Under the pieces are notes generated by a model. The model searched no databases. It saw nothing but the letters and a program-made list of their open reading frames with translations, and had not been told where the DNA came from. A stretch of 64,000 bases of DNA from an uncultured Burkholderiaceae bacterium (lineage in GTDB: Bacteria > Pseudomonadota > Gammaproteobacteria > Burkholderiales > Burkholderiaceae_F). Made by a program: the position numbers and the translations under genes. This document shows, in pieces, positions 18,165 through 27,454 of the stretch. The stretch is taken from contig CAZDXQ010000016.1 in NCBI GenBank assembly GCA_964509545.1, forward strand, positions 509 to 64,508. The letters run 5' to 3'. How positions within the stretch are numbered: the stretch's first letter is position 1; each line of letters opens with the position of its first letter.

Positions 18165-21100
18165 AGCGTCGCCACCTCCGCGCCAGTCTCGATCCTTGTC
18201 GTTGCCGCCGTCCGAACCGCTGGCAGCATGTCCTGCATCAGGCAGCGACGCATTGCCGCCAGAGAGAAATTCTCCTGGGCGAACTCAGTCTGCCGCCGCC
18301 GCTGCGCTCTCCACGCATCGTCGTCGGAAAGCAGCCGCAGCACCGCGGCCGCGAACCTTTCGGCGTCGTCATGCACCGGTATCGTTCCGGACAATTGCTC
18401 CATACCCTGCGCGCCGATAGACGTGGTGACCACCGGCACGCCGAAACGCATCGCCTCGACAACCTTTCCCTTCATTCCTGCGCCGTAGCGAAGCGGCGCG
18501 ACGACGACACGAGCGCGGGCATAGTGCCCGGCCAGTTGCTCATCGGTGACATAGCCTGACACGAGGACATTCTCATCTGCCGCCAGCGCCTTCACGTTCT
18601 CAGTCGGATTGGAACCGACGAGCCAAAGGCGCACAGAAGGATCCTCGGCCCGAATCAGCGGCCATGCGTTCTCGGTGAACCAGACCGCCGCATCTTCGTT
18701 CGGTGGATGGCCAAAGCCGGCGACGAAGAGCAGATCCCGCCGCGACGCAAGATTGGTCTCCTCAACTGGCGCGAAGTCTCGGAAGCCGAACACCGGAATC
18801 GTTCTGACGACCTTATCCGGCCGGAGCCCGCGCACGTAGGACGACTCGCCGTCGGCCGGATAGTAGATCACGTCGGCCAAGGACCAGAGTCGGCGCTCAA
18901 GTTCCTCCATCCGTGCCGCCTCGGCATCGGCTACCTTCGAAATACCGACGACCTTCGCCTGTTCTCGAATCCGAAGATGGTGGATGTCGTGCCCGTAGTA
19001 AAAGATCTTGGCATTGCTGTTGGCCCGAAGAGCATCGATGAAGTTCGCTGCGACGTAAGGCCTGCTCAGCAGCGCGTAATCGATGTATTGGCCGTGCTCT
19101 GCAATCCATGTATCGAATGCGTTCGAGTATTCCGTCCCGTAGAAGACCTCCACGCCCATCGCTTGCAGAGCGCCCGCGTACTGGGGATCACGCCAAAGGT
19201 TCTCCGGCCAAAACTTGACCTGGTAGCCCATTTCGACCAACAGCTCGATCCACTGGTACATCGTTCTCGAGCCTGCGTCGCGATCCGGTTGTGGCACATA
19301 GTGGTCGACCACAAGAACGCATCGCTTGTTGCGCGACCGCTCGCGAGCAAGAAACACGTGCTCGGCATTCGGGAAATGGAAGACCTTCAGCGTCTCCTGC
19401 CAGCGCCGCAGGAACTTCTTCTGGTTCTCGACCTGGTAGGCCTTGATGCCTGTCGTCTCGTCCGTACCGTGACTGACGCCCTCGAAGTGAATCACGACTG
19501 ATCGCGGCTGGTAGACGACCTTCAGGCCGCGCTCGCGGATTCGAAACGCCAGGTCCGTGTCCTCGCAATACGCCGGAACGTATAACTCATCGAAACCGCC
19601 AAGGTCGCGGAGCAGACTCGTGCGGACAAGAATCGATGCCGCCGAGCAATAGTCGGTCTCGCGCGCAAAGTTGAACATCGAACGCTCCGGGTCCTGAAGT
19701 CGGCCGAAGTTCCAGGCCGATGCATCGGCCCAGACGATCCCACCCGCCTCCTGGAGCCGACCATCCGGAAAGACCAGCTTCGATCCCGCCAGTCCGCAGT
19801 CCGGCCACCGCTCGAACGTCCCGACCAGCGCATCGAGCCAGCCCGCCGTGACTTCGGTGTCGTTGTTGAGGAAGTGGACAAACTCACCCGAGGCAAGCTG
19901 AACGGCACGATTGCAGGAACGCAGAAATCCCAGATTTTTCGCGTTGACCTCGTAGCGCAGGCCGGGGACGCCGGCCAGCCGGCCTATCTCGGCGTCTCCC
20001 GATGCGTCCTCCACGACGATGATCTCGACGGCCACGCTCGGCATATTGCGGGCAATCGATCTGAGGCAGGTCAGCGTTACGGCGAGCTTCCCATACGTGG
20101 GAATGATGATGGTCACTCGGGGCCTTTCGGCCACCGGAAACGCCAGTTCAGCCAGAACTCTGTCGACCTCGCCGGCTTCTTCGATCATTTCTGCCAGCGG
20201 CGCCTGCTGGCGATACTGCTGCGCAAGCTTCCACTGCTCGTAGCCGACCAGACCGGAAAACAGCGGCCCGCCGACGCGATAGGCGAGGCGTGCCATTTGC
20301 TGCTTGCGCCGATGGGACAGAGGCAGCTTCAGGTACACCTTCAACGCAATGCGCTGCACCTCGGGCCGCAGCCCGCCCATGACGAGGCGCCACTCGCCTC
20401 GCAGAAGCCGTCCGGCAACACGAAGCGGCCGAGTCAGCCGCCACGACCGCGACCATATGATCCTGTGCAACTCCGCTTCTCGTTCCGCGAGTCGCTGCTG
20501 TGTCTGCAGCAACGATCGCTCGACACGCACCCTCTCGTCAGCCTTCACCGCTGCGTCACGTTGCGCTGCCTCGAGACCTCGTCTTGTTTCCTCGAGGTTC
20601 TTCCTCGTTTCCTCGAGCATCGCGGCCGCGGCCCGGCACTCGGCCTGCGTTGCCTCGATTGTCGCTCGAGCTTGCGACAGTTCCCTCTCCAGGCTCCTTG
20701 CCCAGGTTGCGGCTTCGTCTTGATCGGAGATTGCCTTTGCCAGTTTTTCGCGGGTCTGCATCAACTCGACGTCAAGCGCCTTGGCCCACCCAACCGTCGT
20801 TACATGTCGCTTGACCGGATCATCGACCTCGGAGAGCGCGAACGAAGGCTGAAGTTCCGGAAGCAACGAGTCTTGCGCTGCGCACACCGCGACGAAGTAG
20901 ACGGCGCCACCGAGAAGCGCCGTTCGCGGCGCCCACGAATCGCCGCGATCCGCAAACGCGCTGTACTGCGGCGCATGCTGGCCATCCGGCAAGAGCGCCG
21001 AACCCGTCACCATGCGCTGCGTCACATAACGGATTGCCGGGAAACTTCTGCGCAGCAGGCGATCGAGTTCGTCGAAGTCGAGCTCCCGAACATGAAATTC

Positions 21101-21556
21101 GTTGGCCGCTTCGCGCATCTGTCCGTAAACGGGACGGTTTGGCGACGAGAGCACAAGCAAGCCTTCGGGAGCGAGTACGCGACGAATCTCCGCCAGCATC
21201 ACGTCCTGCTCCCGCAGGTGCTCGATCGTTTCGAACGACACGACCCGCTCGACACTGCCGCTCGCCAGCGGGATCGCGCATGCGCTTCCCCACGCAAAGC
21301 GCAGATTCTGCTGTCGCGAGTAGCGCTCCGTCGCGTGCGCTACGGCCGCGGCGTCGATGTCGACCCCGACAACATGGCGCGCCTCCTGCGCAAGCATGAA
21401 TGACCCATACCCCTCGCCACAGGCAATGTCGAGCACGGACTTGCCATGGCAAAGCGGTGTCGCCCAGGCATAGCGGTGCAGGTGCTCAAGACGGATTTCT
21501 CCTCCGAGCTCGGGCACGTAGCGCTCGCCGGTGAACTGCATGCCGGCGCTACCCAT
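18161..21556 (-). CDS. multidomain O-polysaccharide assembly protein: SAM methyltransferase + coiled coil + GT2 + GT4/GT1
   Basis: 1131 aa. MT domain is about aa 1-230 (20867-21556, VLDIACGEGYGSFMLA). Heptad-rich Ala/Glu/Arg/Gln segment is about aa 262-366 (20459-20773). GT2 is about aa 480-720 (19397-20119; IIIPTYGK..., VEDASGD, NNDTEV). GT4-like domain is about aa 745-1105 (18242-19324; VAPLRYGAGMKGKVVEAMRFGVPVV). Confidence 0.8.
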   Translation of the reverse strand: MGSAGMQFTGERYVPELGGEIRLEHLHRYAWATPLCHGKSVLDIACGEGYGSFMLAQEARHVVGVDIDAAAVAHATERYSRQQNLRFAWGSACAIPLASGSVERVVSFETIEHLREQDVMLAEIRRVLAPEGLLVLSSPNRPVYGQMREAANEFHVRELDFDELDRLLRRSFPAIRYVTQRMVTGSALLPDGQHAPQYSAFADRGDSWAPRTALLGGAVYFVAVCAAQDSLLPELQPSFALSEVDDPVKRHVTTVGWAKALDVELMQTREKLAKAISDQDEAATWARSLERELSQARATIEATQAECRAAAAMLEETRKNLEETRRGLEAAQRDAAVKADERVRVERSLLQTQQRLAEREAELHRIIWSRSWRLTRPLRVAGRLLRGEWRLVMGGLRPEVQRIALKVYLKLPLSHRRKQQMARLAYRVGGPLFSGLVGYEQWKLAQQYRQQAPLAEMIEEAGEVDRVLAELAFPVAERPRVTIIIPTYGKLAVTLTCLRSIARNMPSVAVEIIVVEDASGDAEIGRLAGVPGLRYEVNAKNLGFLRSCNRAVQLASGEFVHFLNNDTEVTAGWLDALVGTFERWPDCGLAGSKLVFPDGRLQEAGGIVWADASAWNFGRLQDPERSMFNFARETDYCSAASILVRTSLLRDLGGFDELYVPAYCEDTDLAFRIRERGLKVVYQPRSVVIHFEGVSHGTDETTGIKAYQVENQKKFLRRWQETLKVFHFPNAEHVFLARERSRNKRCVLVVDHYVPQPDRDAGSRTMYQWIELLVEMGYQVKFWPENLWRDPQYAGALQAMGVEVFYGTEYSNAFDTWIAEHGQYIDYALLSRPYVAANFIDALRANSNAKIFYYGHDIHHLRIREQAKVVGISKVADAEAARMEELERRLWSLADVIYYPADGESSYVRGLRPDKVVRTIPVFGFRDFAPVEETNLASRRDLLFVAGFGHPPNEDAAVWFTENAWPLIRAEDPSVRLWLVGSNPTENVKALAADENVLVSGYVTDEQLAGHYARARVVVAPLRYGAGMKGKVVEAMRFGVPVVTTSIGAQGMEQLSGTIPVHDDAERFAAAVLRLLSDDDAWRAQRRRQTEFAQENFSLAAMRRCLMQDMLPAVRTAATTRIETGAEVATL

Positions 21557-22934
21557 TGGCGAGTCCCACGCTGATGTCCAGCATCGGGATACCTATTAGG
21601 CCATGCCGCAGCGTCGCGTCGTTCGAGCGGAATGACAACGCATCATGAATCCAATGCTGCTGAGTATGGTCGTTCTGGGAACCACTCGCTACGGCAACAT
21701 CGACCGTGTATTCGCCTGAAGGCATCAACGGCATGCGGAAGCGGAAACGCGCGACCATACGCTCCCCGGCAGAGGCGCGCGGCGGGCTGCCCAGATACAT
21801 GAGATACGAGTTGTCTCCGAAAAGGCGCTGGCCCAGCCTGTCCTTGACGTAAAAGCCAAAGATGACGTCCTGCACATCCGCGAAAGCGCGCGCCGAGATC
21901 TCGAGTACAACGACCTCCCCTTCGAGCACATGCGCCGACGGGTCACCCGTATCGGCCCGAAGGCGCACATCGTCTATTTCGATCTTTCGCTCGCCAAATG
22001 CTGCGGCGACACGCTCCGGATCGAACTCGAAGACGGGCATCGCCGTGCGGCCTGGAAATCCGACAATGGCTTGCGACCGTACGTCGACCTCGGTCGCGAG
22101 TGAGGGGCACGCCCTGCCACCACGCGAGTTGGTCGCACTCACGGTGACGCGCGCACCCGCGGCGGCCCGGTCTTGTGCGTGTTGCTCCGCCAGATAGCTC
22201 TCCACGACCTGTTTCGACGGTCCGTCCATCATCACCCGCCCCTGCTCGAGCCAGATTGCACGAGAGCAGAGATTGATCACCGCGGACAGGTCGTGACTGA
22301 CGAAAAGCAGCGTGCCGCGGCTCTGGAAATCACGAAGATAACGAGCGCATTTCTGCGAGAAGCGCACATCCCCAACCGACAGCGCCTCATCGATCACCAG
22401 GACGTCCGCGTCGACATGGGCGGCGACAGCAAAGGCCAGGCGGACGTACATGCCGCTCGAATACGTCTTTACCGGCTGTTTGATGAAGTCACCGAGATCC
22501 GAGAACGCCACGATTGAATCAAAGCGCCGCGCCAGCTCCTGCTCCGCGATGCCGTAGAGCAGCCCGCTCAGGCGGATGTTTTCCTCGCCCGTGAACTCGG
22601 GGTTGAAGCCCGCGCCGAGCTCGAGCAACGCTGCAACCCTGCCGTGCCGCGAAACGCTGCCCGTCGTGGGCGTCAAGGTGCCACAGATCAGCTGCAGGAG
22701 CGTTGACTTGCCCGAGCCGTTCCGGCCGATGATCCCGAGTGTTTCCCCTTCCGCGACATCAAAGGAGATGGGATGCAGGGCCCAGAACTCTCTCGCATAC
22801 TGCCCCGGCGCGAATCCACAGAAGCGGCGAAGCCTCCCAAGGACCATTTTGCGCAGCCGATCGACCGGCCGGGCGTAGACGTCGTAACGCTTTGAGAGAT
22901 CGTCGGCGCGAATCGCGACCGGCCTAGAGGACAT
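21549..22934 (-). CDS. wzt: O-antigen/polysaccharide ABC transporter ATP-binding protein with C-terminal extension (Wzt-type)
   Basis: Start ATG 22934. Walker A GRNGSGKST, signature YSSGMYVRLAFA, Walker B VLVIDEAL. About 200 extra C-terminal residues (21552-22172), beta-rich, as in Wzt carbohydrate-binding domains. Confidence 0.88.
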   Translation of the reverse strand: MSSRPVAIRADDLSKRYDVYARPVDRLRKMVLGRLRRFCGFAPGQYAREFWALHPISFDVAEGETLGIIGRNGSGKSTLLQLICGTLTPTTGSVSRHGRVAALLELGAGFNPEFTGEENIRLSGLLYGIAEQELARRFDSIVAFSDLGDFIKQPVKTYSSGMYVRLAFAVAAHVDADVLVIDEALSVGDVRFSQKCARYLRDFQSRGTLLFVSHDLSAVINLCSRAIWLEQGRVMMDGPSKQVVESYLAEQHAQDRAAAGARVTVSATNSRGGRACPSLATEVDVRSQAIVGFPGRTAMPVFEFDPERVAAAFGERKIEIDDVRLRADTGDPSAHVLEGEVVVLEISARAFADVQDVIFGFYVKDRLGQRLFGDNSYLMYLGSPPRASAGERMVARFRFRMPLMPSGEYTVDVAVASGSQNDHTQQHWIHDALSFRSNDATLRHGLIGIPMLDISVGLANG

Positions 22935-23745
22935 CGGCAAACCCTGGTCGCGTGCGCTGGAACCACCAGAAGGCAAACCAGGCAAACACGGACGCACCAA
23001 CTGTGTAAAGACCCAACCCGATCCAGTCGGGCCAGCGGCCCCAAATCAATGCTTCGCGCGACTGCTCGATGATGAACGTCAGCGGGTTCAACAGCAGCAG
23101 CTTGCGGTATGGCTCCGCGAGCATCGTTGCCGGATAGAAAACGGGCGCCAGAAACATCAGCGCCATCGTCAGGATGCCGACAGCCTGCTGCAGATCGCGA
23201 ATGAAGACGCCCAGCGACGCCAGCAGCCAGACAACGCCGACGACCGCGGGAATGAACGACAGCAGGACGAAGGGAAAGGCGACGACAGTAACGGGCAGCG
23301 GCCCGCGAACCAGCAGCAGCGCGAGCAACAAGGCCAGCGTCGAGACAAGAGCATGAAAGAGCGCCGTTCCGACGACAACCCACGACAGGGTCTCTAGCGG
23401 AAACACGACTTTCTTCACGTAATTGGGATTGCTGACAACGAGCTGAGGCGCCCGATTGGCACATTCGGCAAAGAAGCCGTGGATGATCATGCCCACGAAC
23501 AGAATGACTGCAAACTCGGCCTGCCCTTCGTTCGGAAGACCCCAGCGCGCCTTGAACACGTGGCCAAAGACGAATGTATAGACCAGCAAGAGCAGCAATG
23601 GGTTGAAGAAAGACCAGAAGACGCCCAGCATCGCTCCGCGGTACCGGCCAATCACTTCGCGCCTGGTCATTTGCCGCACCAGGGCGAAGTGACGAGCCAG
23701 CGCCGCCCAAGGCGAAAGGATCCAGAGCCGGTATTCCGCGCTCAC
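22924..23745 (-). CDS. wzm: O-antigen/polysaccharide ABC transporter permease (ABC-2 type)
   Basis: GTG 23745 (GTGA overlap with the rfbD stop). VRQMTRREVIGRYRGAMLGVFWSFFNPLLLLLVY is the typical Wzm N-terminus. Six hydrophobic helices. Confidence 0.85.
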   Translation of the reverse strand: MSAEYRLWILSPWAALARHFALVRQMTRREVIGRYRGAMLGVFWSFFNPLLLLLVYTFVFGHVFKARWGLPNEGQAEFAVILFVGMIIHGFFAECANRAPQLVVSNPNYVKKVVFPLETLSWVVVGTALFHALVSTLALLLALLLVRGPLPVTVVAFPFVLLSFIPAVVGVVWLLASLGVFIRDLQQAVGILTMALMFLAPVFYPATMLAEPYRKLLLLNPLTFIIEQSREALIWGRWPDWIGLGLYTVGASVFAWFAFWWFQRTRPGFADVL

Positions 23746-24638
23746 GGCTGCCAGTCTTCGAGGCACAGGTTCAGCGCCTGCTCCCAATGCGGCATGCGGA
23801 TTCCCCAGATTTCTCCGACCCGCGAGTTGTCGAGCAATGAGTACATCGGCCGCTGCGCGGGTGTCGAGTACTCCGTGGTCGCGATCGGCACAAGCCGCTT
23901 CAGGCGGCGCTGGGAGTCCGCAACCCCGTCGAAAACCCTCTTCGCGAACTCGTACCAAGTCGTTGCGCCGGACGCCGTCAGATGGAAAATGCCGCCTCGC
24001 TCCTCGAAGATTCGGCGCACGGAGCCGGCGTCACGCCCGGCACGCGCCAGGATCTGAGCCGTCGCTTCGGCAACGGAACGTGCCCAGGTCGGAGCGCCAA
24101 GCTGATCGTTCACTACCTTGATTTCCTCGCGCTCACGCGCCAGGCGCAGCATGGTGCGGACGAAATTCTGGCCGCGGTTGGCGTAAACCCAACTTGTTCT
24201 GAGAATGATCGCCGGCGCGCCGCTGCCGAGGATCGCCGTTTCGCCGGCCGCCTTGCTGCGCCCGTAGGCCGACAACGGGCCAGTGCGTTCGGATTCGCGC
24301 CAGGGCTTCGTCGCCCGTCCGTCGAAAACGTAATCTGTCGAATAGTGCAGCAAGGCCGCGCCGTTCGACCGTGCCCACCGAGCCATGGCCGCCGGCGCCT
24401 CAGCGTTGATCCGGAAAGCGAGGTCTTCTTGCGACTCAGCCAGGTCCACCGCAGTAAATGCTGCAGAATTAACGATGACCTGCGGCCGAACCGCATCGAG
24501 GAGCGAAGTCACGTTCTCCGCTTCACTCAGATCACAGTCCGGCTGGTCCAAGGCCACAACTTCACCGAGCGTTTGCAGGGTCCGCGCCAGTTCGTAACCC
24601 ACCTGACCGTTCCGTCCTGTCAGAAGAAGACGAATCAA
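23742..24638 (-). CDS. rfbD: dTDP-4-dehydrorhamnose reductase
   Basis: 298 aa. LLTGRNGQVGYEL, YSTDYVFDG, YGRSKAAGE motifs. TTG start overlapping the rfbC stop. Confidence 0.9.
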   Translation of the reverse strand: MIRLLLTGRNGQVGYELARTLQTLGEVVALDQPDCDLSEAENVTSLLDAVRPQVIVNSAAFTAVDLAESQEDLAFRINAEAPAAMARWARSNGAALLHYSTDYVFDGRATKPWRESERTGPLSAYGRSKAAGETAILGSGAPAIILRTSWVYANRGQNFVRTMLRLAREREEIKVVNDQLGAPTWARSVAEATAQILARAGRDAGSVRRIFEERGGIFHLTASGATTWYEFAKRVFDGVADSQRRLKRLVPIATTEYSTPAQRPMYSLLDNSRVGEIWGIRMPHWEQALNLCLEDWQP

Positions 24639-25183
24639 GGAAACACCTCGGCCCGATCCAGGTACGGGGCGGAGAGGTCCTTGCCCGCCAGCAACGGCCC
24701 ATCGTCGATCCGGCCCCAGTCGACAGCGAGCTGCGGGTCGTTCCAGCGCACACTCCGGTCGAATTCTTCCATCCAGTAGTCGGTAGTCTTGTACAGAAAA
24801 TCTGCGAATGCGCTACGCACCAGGAATGCGTGCCCGAACCCAGGCGGAACCCACAGCTGAAGCTTGTTCTCCGCGCTCAGTTCGACGCCCACCCACCTAC
24901 CGAAATTCGGCGACGAGCGTCGCAGATCGACCGCCACGTCGAACACCGCACCGCTGACCACCCGCACCAGTTTCCCCTGCGGCCTGACCAGCTGATAGTG
25001 GATGCCGCGCAGCACGTTCTTCGCCGAGCGCGAGTGATTGTCCTGCACGAACGTCACGTTGAGCCCGGTCGCCTCGCGAAAGACCCTCGCGTTCCAGCTT
25101 TCCATGAAGAAGCCGCGCTCGTCGCCGAAAACCTTCGGCTCGAGGATCAGCACTTCTGGTAATGCGGTGGCAGTGACCTTCAT
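24635..25183 (-). CDS. rfbC: dTDP-4-dehydrorhamnose 3,5-epimerase
   Basis: ORF 24635..25192; ATG 25183 preferred (MKVTATALPEVLILEPKVFGDERGFF...RGIHYQ). Confidence 0.92.
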   Translation of the reverse strand: MKVTATALPEVLILEPKVFGDERGFFMESWNARVFREATGLNVTFVQDNHSRSAKNVLRGIHYQLVRPQGKLVRVVSGAVFDVAVDLRRSSPNFGRWVGVELSAENKLQLWVPPGFGHAFLVRSAFADFLYKTTDYWMEEFDRSVRWNDPQLAVDWGRIDDGPLLAGKDLSAPYLDRAEVFP

Positions 25184-25188
25184 CCCAT

Positions 25189-26082
25189 TCAAGCCGTTGG
25201 CGGGACGATTCGTTCGGTCAGCATGGCGCGCAGGTATCTGCCGTACTCGTTCTTCGTCAGCGGCGCGGCCAGCCGTTCGACTTGCGCGGCATCGATCCAG
25301 CCCAGCCGGTACGCGATCTCCTCCGGGCAGGCGATCTTCAGGCCCTGCCGCTTTTCGATCGTCTCGATGAAGTGCGCCGCCTCGAGCAGCGATTCGTGCG
25401 TTCCGGTGTCCAGCCAGGCCGAGCCGCGCCCCATTACCTCGACGGTCAGTGCCTTAGCCTGCAGGTAAAGCCGGTTGACGTCGGTGATCTCGAGTTCGCC
25501 GCGCGCCGAGGGTCTGATCGAGGCGGCGATGTCGAGCACCCGGTTGTCGTAGAAATAAAGGCCCGTGACCGCATAGTTCGAGCGCGGCTGCTTCGGCTTT
25601 TCTTCGATGCTCATCGCATGGCCGCGAGCATCGAATTCGATGACGCCGTAGCGCTCGGGGTCGTTGACGTGATAGGCGAACACGGTGGCGCCATTGGGCC
25701 GGGCATTGGCGCGCACCAGCGAAGGCGCAAGGTCGTGGCCGTAGAAGATGTTGTCGCCGAGGATCAGCGCTGCCGGATCGCGGCCGACGAACTCGCGGCC
25801 GATGATGAACGCCTGCGCCAGCCCGTCTGGCGACGGCTGCACTGCGTAGTCGATGCGGATACCCCACTGGCTGCCGTCGCCGAGCAGTTCGCGGAAGCGC
25901 GGCGTGTCGGCCGGCGTGGAGATCAGCAGCACCTCCCGGATGCCGGCCAACATCAGCGTGGTCAGCGGGTAGTACACCATCGGCTTGTCGTACACCGGCA
26001 GCAGCTGCTTGGAGACGACTTGCGTTACCGGATACAGCCGCGTGCCCGAGCCGCCGGCGAGGATGATGCCCTTGCGGTTCAT
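25189..26082 (-). CDS. rfbA: glucose-1-phosphate thymidylyltransferase
   Basis: 297 aa. [20 protein letters not shown]...[16 protein letters not shown]. Confidence 0.95.
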   Translation of the reverse strand: MNRKGIILAGGSGTRLYPVTQVVSKQLLPVYDKPMVYYPLTTLMLAGIREVLLISTPADTPRFRELLGDGSQWGIRIDYAVQPSPDGLAQAFIIGREFVGRDPAALILGDNIFYGHDLAPSLVRANARPNGATVFAYHVNDPERYGVIEFDARGHAMSIEEKPKQPRSNYAVTGLYFYDNRVLDIAASIRPSARGELEITDVNRLYLQAKALTVEVMGRGSAWLDTGTHESLLEAAHFIETIEKRQGLKIACPEEIAYRLGWIDAAQVERLAAPLTKNEYGRYLRAMLTERIVPPTA

Positions 26083-27158
26083 GCGTTCTCCGCGGCGCCC
26101 GTCCTAGCGCCGTAGTTGGCGTTCATCCACTCGCGGTAGCGCCCGTCACGCACGCGGTCGACCCAGTCCATGTGCTCGAGGTACCACCGCACCGTGGCGC
26201 GGATGCCCTCGCCGAACGAATGCTGCGGCGCCCATCCCAGCTCGGCCTCGATCTTGCCCGGATCGATGGCATAGCGGCGATCGTGGCCCGGTCGGTCGGT
26301 GACGAAACGAACCTGCTCGCTGTAGCGTCCGGCGCCCTTGGGCCGCATTTCATCGAGGATGGCGCAAACGGTGTTGACGACGTCGATGTTGCGGATTTCG
26401 TTCTTGCCGCCGATGTTGTAGGTCTCGCCGGGGCGGCCGCCGCGCAGTACCCGGCGGACCGCAGCGCAGTGGTCGGTGACGTAGAGCCAGTCGCGCACGT
26501 TGCGCCCGTCGCCGTACACCGGCAATTCCTTGCCGTCGAGGGCATTGAGGATCATCAGCGGAATCAGTTTCTCCGGAAACTGGAACGGCCCGTAGTTATT
26601 GCTGCAGTTGGTCGTCAGCGTCGGCAAAGCGTAGGTGTGGTGATAGGCCCGCACCAGGTGATCCGAGGCGGCTTTGGAGGCCGCGTACGGGCTGTTCGGC
26701 GCGTAAGGCGTGGCTTCGCTGAAGGCCGGATCGTTCTCGTCAAGCGAGCCATAAACCTCGTCGGTGGAGACATGCAGGAAACGAAAGCCGTCGCGCTCGC
26801 TGCCGGTCAATTCGGCCCAGTAGGCGCGCACGGCTTCCAGCAGTTCGAAGGTGCCGTTGATGTTCGTCCGCACGAACTCGCCCGGCCCGTGGATCGAGCG
26901 GTCGACATGGCTCTCGGCGGCGAAATGCAACACGGCGCGCGGCCGATGCCGCCCAAGCAGTTCCGCGACGGCCTGCCGGTCGCAGATGTCGACCTGCACC
27001 AGGGCGAAGGCAGCGTTGCCCTGAACCGCCTTCAGGTTGTCCAGGTTGCCGGCGTAGGTGAGCTTGTCGATGACAAGCACCGGCTCGCCCTCCAAGCGCA
27101 ACCACTCGTGGACGAAATTGGCTCCGATGAAGCCGGCACCACCGGTGATGAAGATCAT
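26079..27158 (-). CDS. rfbB: dTDP-glucose 4,6-dehydratase
   Basis: Start at codon 30 of ORF 26079..27245 ([16 protein letters not shown]). YAASKAASD (YxxxK). ATGA overlap with rfbA. Confidence 0.95.
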   Translation of the reverse strand: MIFITGGAGFIGANFVHEWLRLEGEPVLVIDKLTYAGNLDNLKAVQGNAAFALVQVDICDRQAVAELLGRHRPRAVLHFAAESHVDRSIHGPGEFVRTNINGTFELLEAVRAYWAELTGSERDGFRFLHVSTDEVYGSLDENDPAFSEATPYAPNSPYAASKAASDHLVRAYHHTYALPTLTTNCSNNYGPFQFPEKLIPLMILNALDGKELPVYGDGRNVRDWLYVTDHCAAVRRVLRGGRPGETYNIGGKNEIRNIDVVNTVCAILDEMRPKGAGRYSEQVRFVTDRPGHDRRYAIDPGKIEAELGWAPQHSFGEGIRATVRWYLEHMDWVDRVRDGRYREWMNANYGARTGAAENA

Positions 27159-27386
27159 GACGACGAGGAAAGAAGCTGACGCCGACGAGCGCGCAGCAAG
27201 AATTCCGCGCCGCCTTTGTCGGAGTGCAGCAATCGCCCGGCTCAACCGGCCAGAGCAGAAGGGCGAAGTTTAGCCAATCGAAGGCAAGACCTTTTTCTGT
27301 CTGTGCCGGCCGCATTAACCGATAGCCGTGGCGCGGGCTGGGTAGCCTCAGCGGCGCATGGCCGATGCGTGCGATCATTGCCACGC

Positions 27387-27434
27387 CGGTGCGAGCCGCC
27401 CCGTCCGAGAAATCGGGCGGGGCGGCTCGCACCG
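27387..27434. repeat. 48-nt hairpin/inverted repeat (22-bp stem with one G-T pair, GAAA loop) in the rfbB / GT2 divergent intergenic region
   Basis: Pairing checked base by base: 27387-27408 pairs with 27413-27434. The only non-Watson-Crick pair is T27404-G27417. The loop is GAAA (27409-27412). Confidence 0.9.
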
Positions 27435-27454
27435 CACGGCCCGACAGTTGCGCA

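Noticed and set aside
27338-27348. ops/JUMPStart-like element (GGCGGTAG) looked for upstream of the polysaccharide operons. The closest string is CTGGGTAGC.
   Set aside because: Only 6/8 match. It is on the plus strand, so it is not in the leader of the long minus-strand rfb operon. No exact GGCGGTAG or CTACCGCC was seen in the 27159-27454 intergenic region.
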